DNA of 56,656 bases from a virus (lineage: Duplodnaviria > Caudoviricetes): IMG/VR virus record IMGVR_UViG_3300036859_000863, positions 1-56,656 of that record; one strand, written 5' to 3'. The notes below the pieces were generated by a model, which did not search any database, was not told the DNA's origin, and saw only the letters and a program-made list of their open reading frames with translations. Shown in pieces: positions 54,731 through 56,656 of this stretch. Numbering within the stretch: the first letter of the stretch is position 1; each line of letters begins with the position of its first letter. The position numbers and the translations under genes are program-made.

Positions 54731-56295
54731 TGTCGCGCACGAAACCGGACGGGATCTTCTACCCGGCGAGGGCGGACACGTTCCCTCCCGGTTTCGCCGG
54801 CGCGGCGGGCACGGGGCTGCCGGTCGGCTGGCTGCAGCGCACCCAGGAGACGGTCGCCGACGCCCTCGCGGGCCGCGGCGTGTACAAGACGACGGTGCTG
54901 TACACGACGTCGGGGGTGTTCGACAAGGCCGACCACCCGAACCTGACCCGGATCGTGGTCACGGTCGTCGGCGGCGGCGGCGGAGGGGGCGGGGTAAATA
55001 CACAGGGGGCGAACCAGTTCGGCGAGGCCGGCGGCGGCGGTGGAGGTGGTGTCACCATGAAGGTGATCGGCGTCGCCGAGTTGCAGGACCGTGAACTCGT
55101 GACGGTCGGCGCCGGCGGGGCCGGTGGGTCCGCGGTCGGCGGGCCTGGCGGCGCCGGAGGTTTGACAAGGTTCGGGTTCCCGGAGCACTGCTCGGCGACC
55201 GGTGGTGGGGGCGCCTCCGGCGTGAACGTCAACGGTGACACCGTCGGCGGCACGGGCGGCGCCGGCCTGAACGGCACCGTAAACCTGACCGGCGACTGGG
55301 GCGGCCCAGGTAACGTCGTGCCTTCTGTCACCTGGCTGGCGATGACGAGGGGGGGCGGAAACACGTTCGCGGGATCGAGACGGAACGTCGGGTTCCCCGG
55401 CGCGGCCGGCTATTTCCCTGGCGGCGGCGGCGTCGGCGCCATCGTGGACGCGTCGTCGCCGGGCCTGGCGGGCGGCGCCGGCGCGGCCGGCATGGTCACG
55501 ATCGACGTCTACACGTCAGTCGACACGTCGGGGCTGTTCTACCCCGACAGGCCGGATACGTTCCCGCCCGGGTTCGCGGGCACGGTCGGCTCGGATCCGG
55601 GGGCGTGGCTGCAGAGGATGCAGGACACGGTACAGGCGGCGCTGCCGACGCTGGAAACGAACCGGCAGATGGCGGTGTTCACGGCCAGCGGATCGTTCGT
55701 CAAGGCGAGCTTCCCGGGACTTAAACGGGTACGGGTCACGGTCGTCGGCGGCGGAGGAGGCGGAGGAGGCGCCCCGGCGACGGGTGCGGGCCAGGCCGCC
55801 GAGGCCGCCGGTGGCGGCGCGGGAGGAACGGTGATCGAGGTCATAGAGGCGGCGGCGCTCGCCGCGTCCGAGACGGTGACGGTCGGCGGTGGCGGCGCAG
55901 GAGGGGCGGCGGGCGCCAACAACGGATCCGCGGGGGGAACGTCGTCGTTCGGGGCGCACTGCTCGGCCACTGGCGGCGCGGGCGGCGCTCAGGGAGTCGT
56001 GACGAGCGGAAACTTCGCTACGGCCAGCGGGCTCGGTGGCTCCGGCTCCGGTGGGCTGTTGAACCTGAACGGCAGCGAAGGGCACAACGGGCAGGTAGTA
56101 AACGGTCTCCGAACCCGCCAGGGACACGGCGGCCGGTCGACGGTATCCGGGGTTCGCCGTTGCCCCGGTGGCGCCGGCTCGACCGGCTACGAACGAGGCG
56201 GGGGCGGGTCGGCGGCCAGCGTCGGGGCGTCCACCGCGGCGGCGGCTGGCGGGGCAGGCGCCGCCGGGGTCGTGGTCGTCGAGGTGGTCACCTGA
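54730..56295 (+). CDS. Glycine-rich minor tail/fibre protein with two tandem modules
   Basis: Two copies of the module GxFYP.R.DTFPPGFAG...V.VTVVGGGGGGGG...G.V.(I/V)(D/E)V. Confidence 0.8.
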   Translation: MSRTKPDGIFYPARADTFPPGFAGAAGTGLPVGWLQRTQETVADALAGRGVYKTTVLYTTSGVFDKADHPNLTRIVVTVVGGGGGGGGVNTQGANQFGEAGGGGGGGVTMKVIGVAELQDRELVTVGAGGAGGSAVGGPGGAGGLTRFGFPEHCSATGGGGASGVNVNGDTVGGTGGAGLNGTVNLTGDWGGPGNVVPSVTWLAMTRGGGNTFAGSRRNVGFPGAAGYFPGGGGVGAIVDASSPGLAGGAGAAGMVTIDVYTSVDTSGLFYPDRPDTFPPGFAGTVGSDPGAWLQRMQDTVQAALPTLETNRQMAVFTASGSFVKASFPGLKRVRVTVVGGGGGGGGAPATGAGQAAEAAGGGAGGTVIEVIEAAALAASETVTVGGGGAGGAAGANNGSAGGTSSFGAHCSATGGAGGAQGVVTSGNFATASGLGGSGSGGLLNLNGSEGHNGQVVNGLRTRQGHGGRSTVSGVRRCPGGAGSTGYERGGGGSAASVGASTAAAAGGAGAAGVVVVEVVT

Positions 56296-56365
56296 TGCCT
56301 ACGACCAGTCCGGACGGGCTGTTCTACCCCGACAGGCCGGATACGTTCCCGCCCGGGTTCGCGGG
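55531..56365 (+). repeat. 50-bp exact direct repeat (55531-55580 and 56316-56365)
   Basis: GGGCTGTTCTACCCCGACAGGCCGGATACGTTCCCGCCCGGGTTCGCGGG occurs at both positions. Confidence 0.85.
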
Positions 56366-56656
56366 GGACGGCGCGGTCGGCTGGCTGCAGCAGATGGCCG
56401 ACACCGTGCAGGCGGCGCTGCTGGCCCGCGGGACGCTGATCGGCTGGAACGTGTTCACCGCGAGCGGCGAGTTCCGAAAGGCGAGCTTCGCGAACCTGCT
56501 CGCCGTGAAAGTGACCTGCGTCGGCGGCGGCGGCGGCGGCGGCGGGATCGCCCCCGGGTCCGGTCAGGCCGGCGAATCGGGCGGCGGGGCGGGCGGGTCC
56601 ATGTCGACGAGCGTGATCGCGGCGGTGACCCTCCCCGATATCGTGACCGTCACCGT
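56295..56656 (+). CDS. Glycine-rich minor tail protein, N-terminal part (partial)
   Basis: MPTTSPDGLFYPDRPDTFPPGFAG...VKVTCVGGGGGGGG...IVTVT; third copy of the module, running off the window end. Confidence 0.8.
   Translation, partial: MPTTSPDGLFYPDRPDTFPPGFAGDGAVGWLQQMADTVQAALLARGTLIGWNVFTASGEFRKASFANLLAVKVTCVGGGGGGGGIAPGSGQAGESGGGAGGSMSTSVIAAVTLPDIVTVT

Noticed and set aside
54730-56656. Diversity-generating retroelement or invertase shufflon for tail genes
   Set aside because: No reverse transcriptase or invertase was recognised; the 50-bp repeat is exact, with no adenine-specific mismatches.
1-56656. tRNA genes, integrase/attP
   Set aside because: No cloverleaf or integrase catalytic pattern was recognised by eye; tRNAscan-SE/ARAGORN and HMM searches would be needed to exclude them fully.

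Overview
A high-GC (visually ~70%) tailed-phage genome, most likely a siphovirus of an actinobacterial host. The window appears to be an almost complete circularly permuted genome: the glycine-rich gene cut at the right end seems to resume at base 1. Gene order is: end of the tail/fibre genes; a six-gene glycosyltransferase/methyltransferase cluster; a lysis region interrupted by a small-gene cassette that splits an anti-anti-sigma (STAS) gene; a leftward HNH/RecT-like/Gam-like operon; rightward replication and DNA-metabolism genes (HTH initiator, DnaB-N/AAA helicase, DNA methyltransferase, RusA, UvrD-like helicase, ParB-like protein plus glycosyltransferase, DUF932-like protein); a repeat-punctuated micro-gene array; then terminase, portal, MuF/protease fusion, two capsid proteins, tail, tape measure and minor tail genes. 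I recognised no integrase, DNA polymerase, tRNA or CRISPR array. The most notable unexplained items are: (1) a ~465-nt highly base-paired non-coding segment between terS and terL (30441-30906); (2) a second ~160-nt structured element (24352-24512); (3) an HNH endonuclease gene nested out of frame inside the still-open MuF/protease ORF; (4) two arrays of tiny genes joined by repeated stop/start junction sequences. All calls come from reading motifs and base-pairing by eye; no database search or folding program was run.
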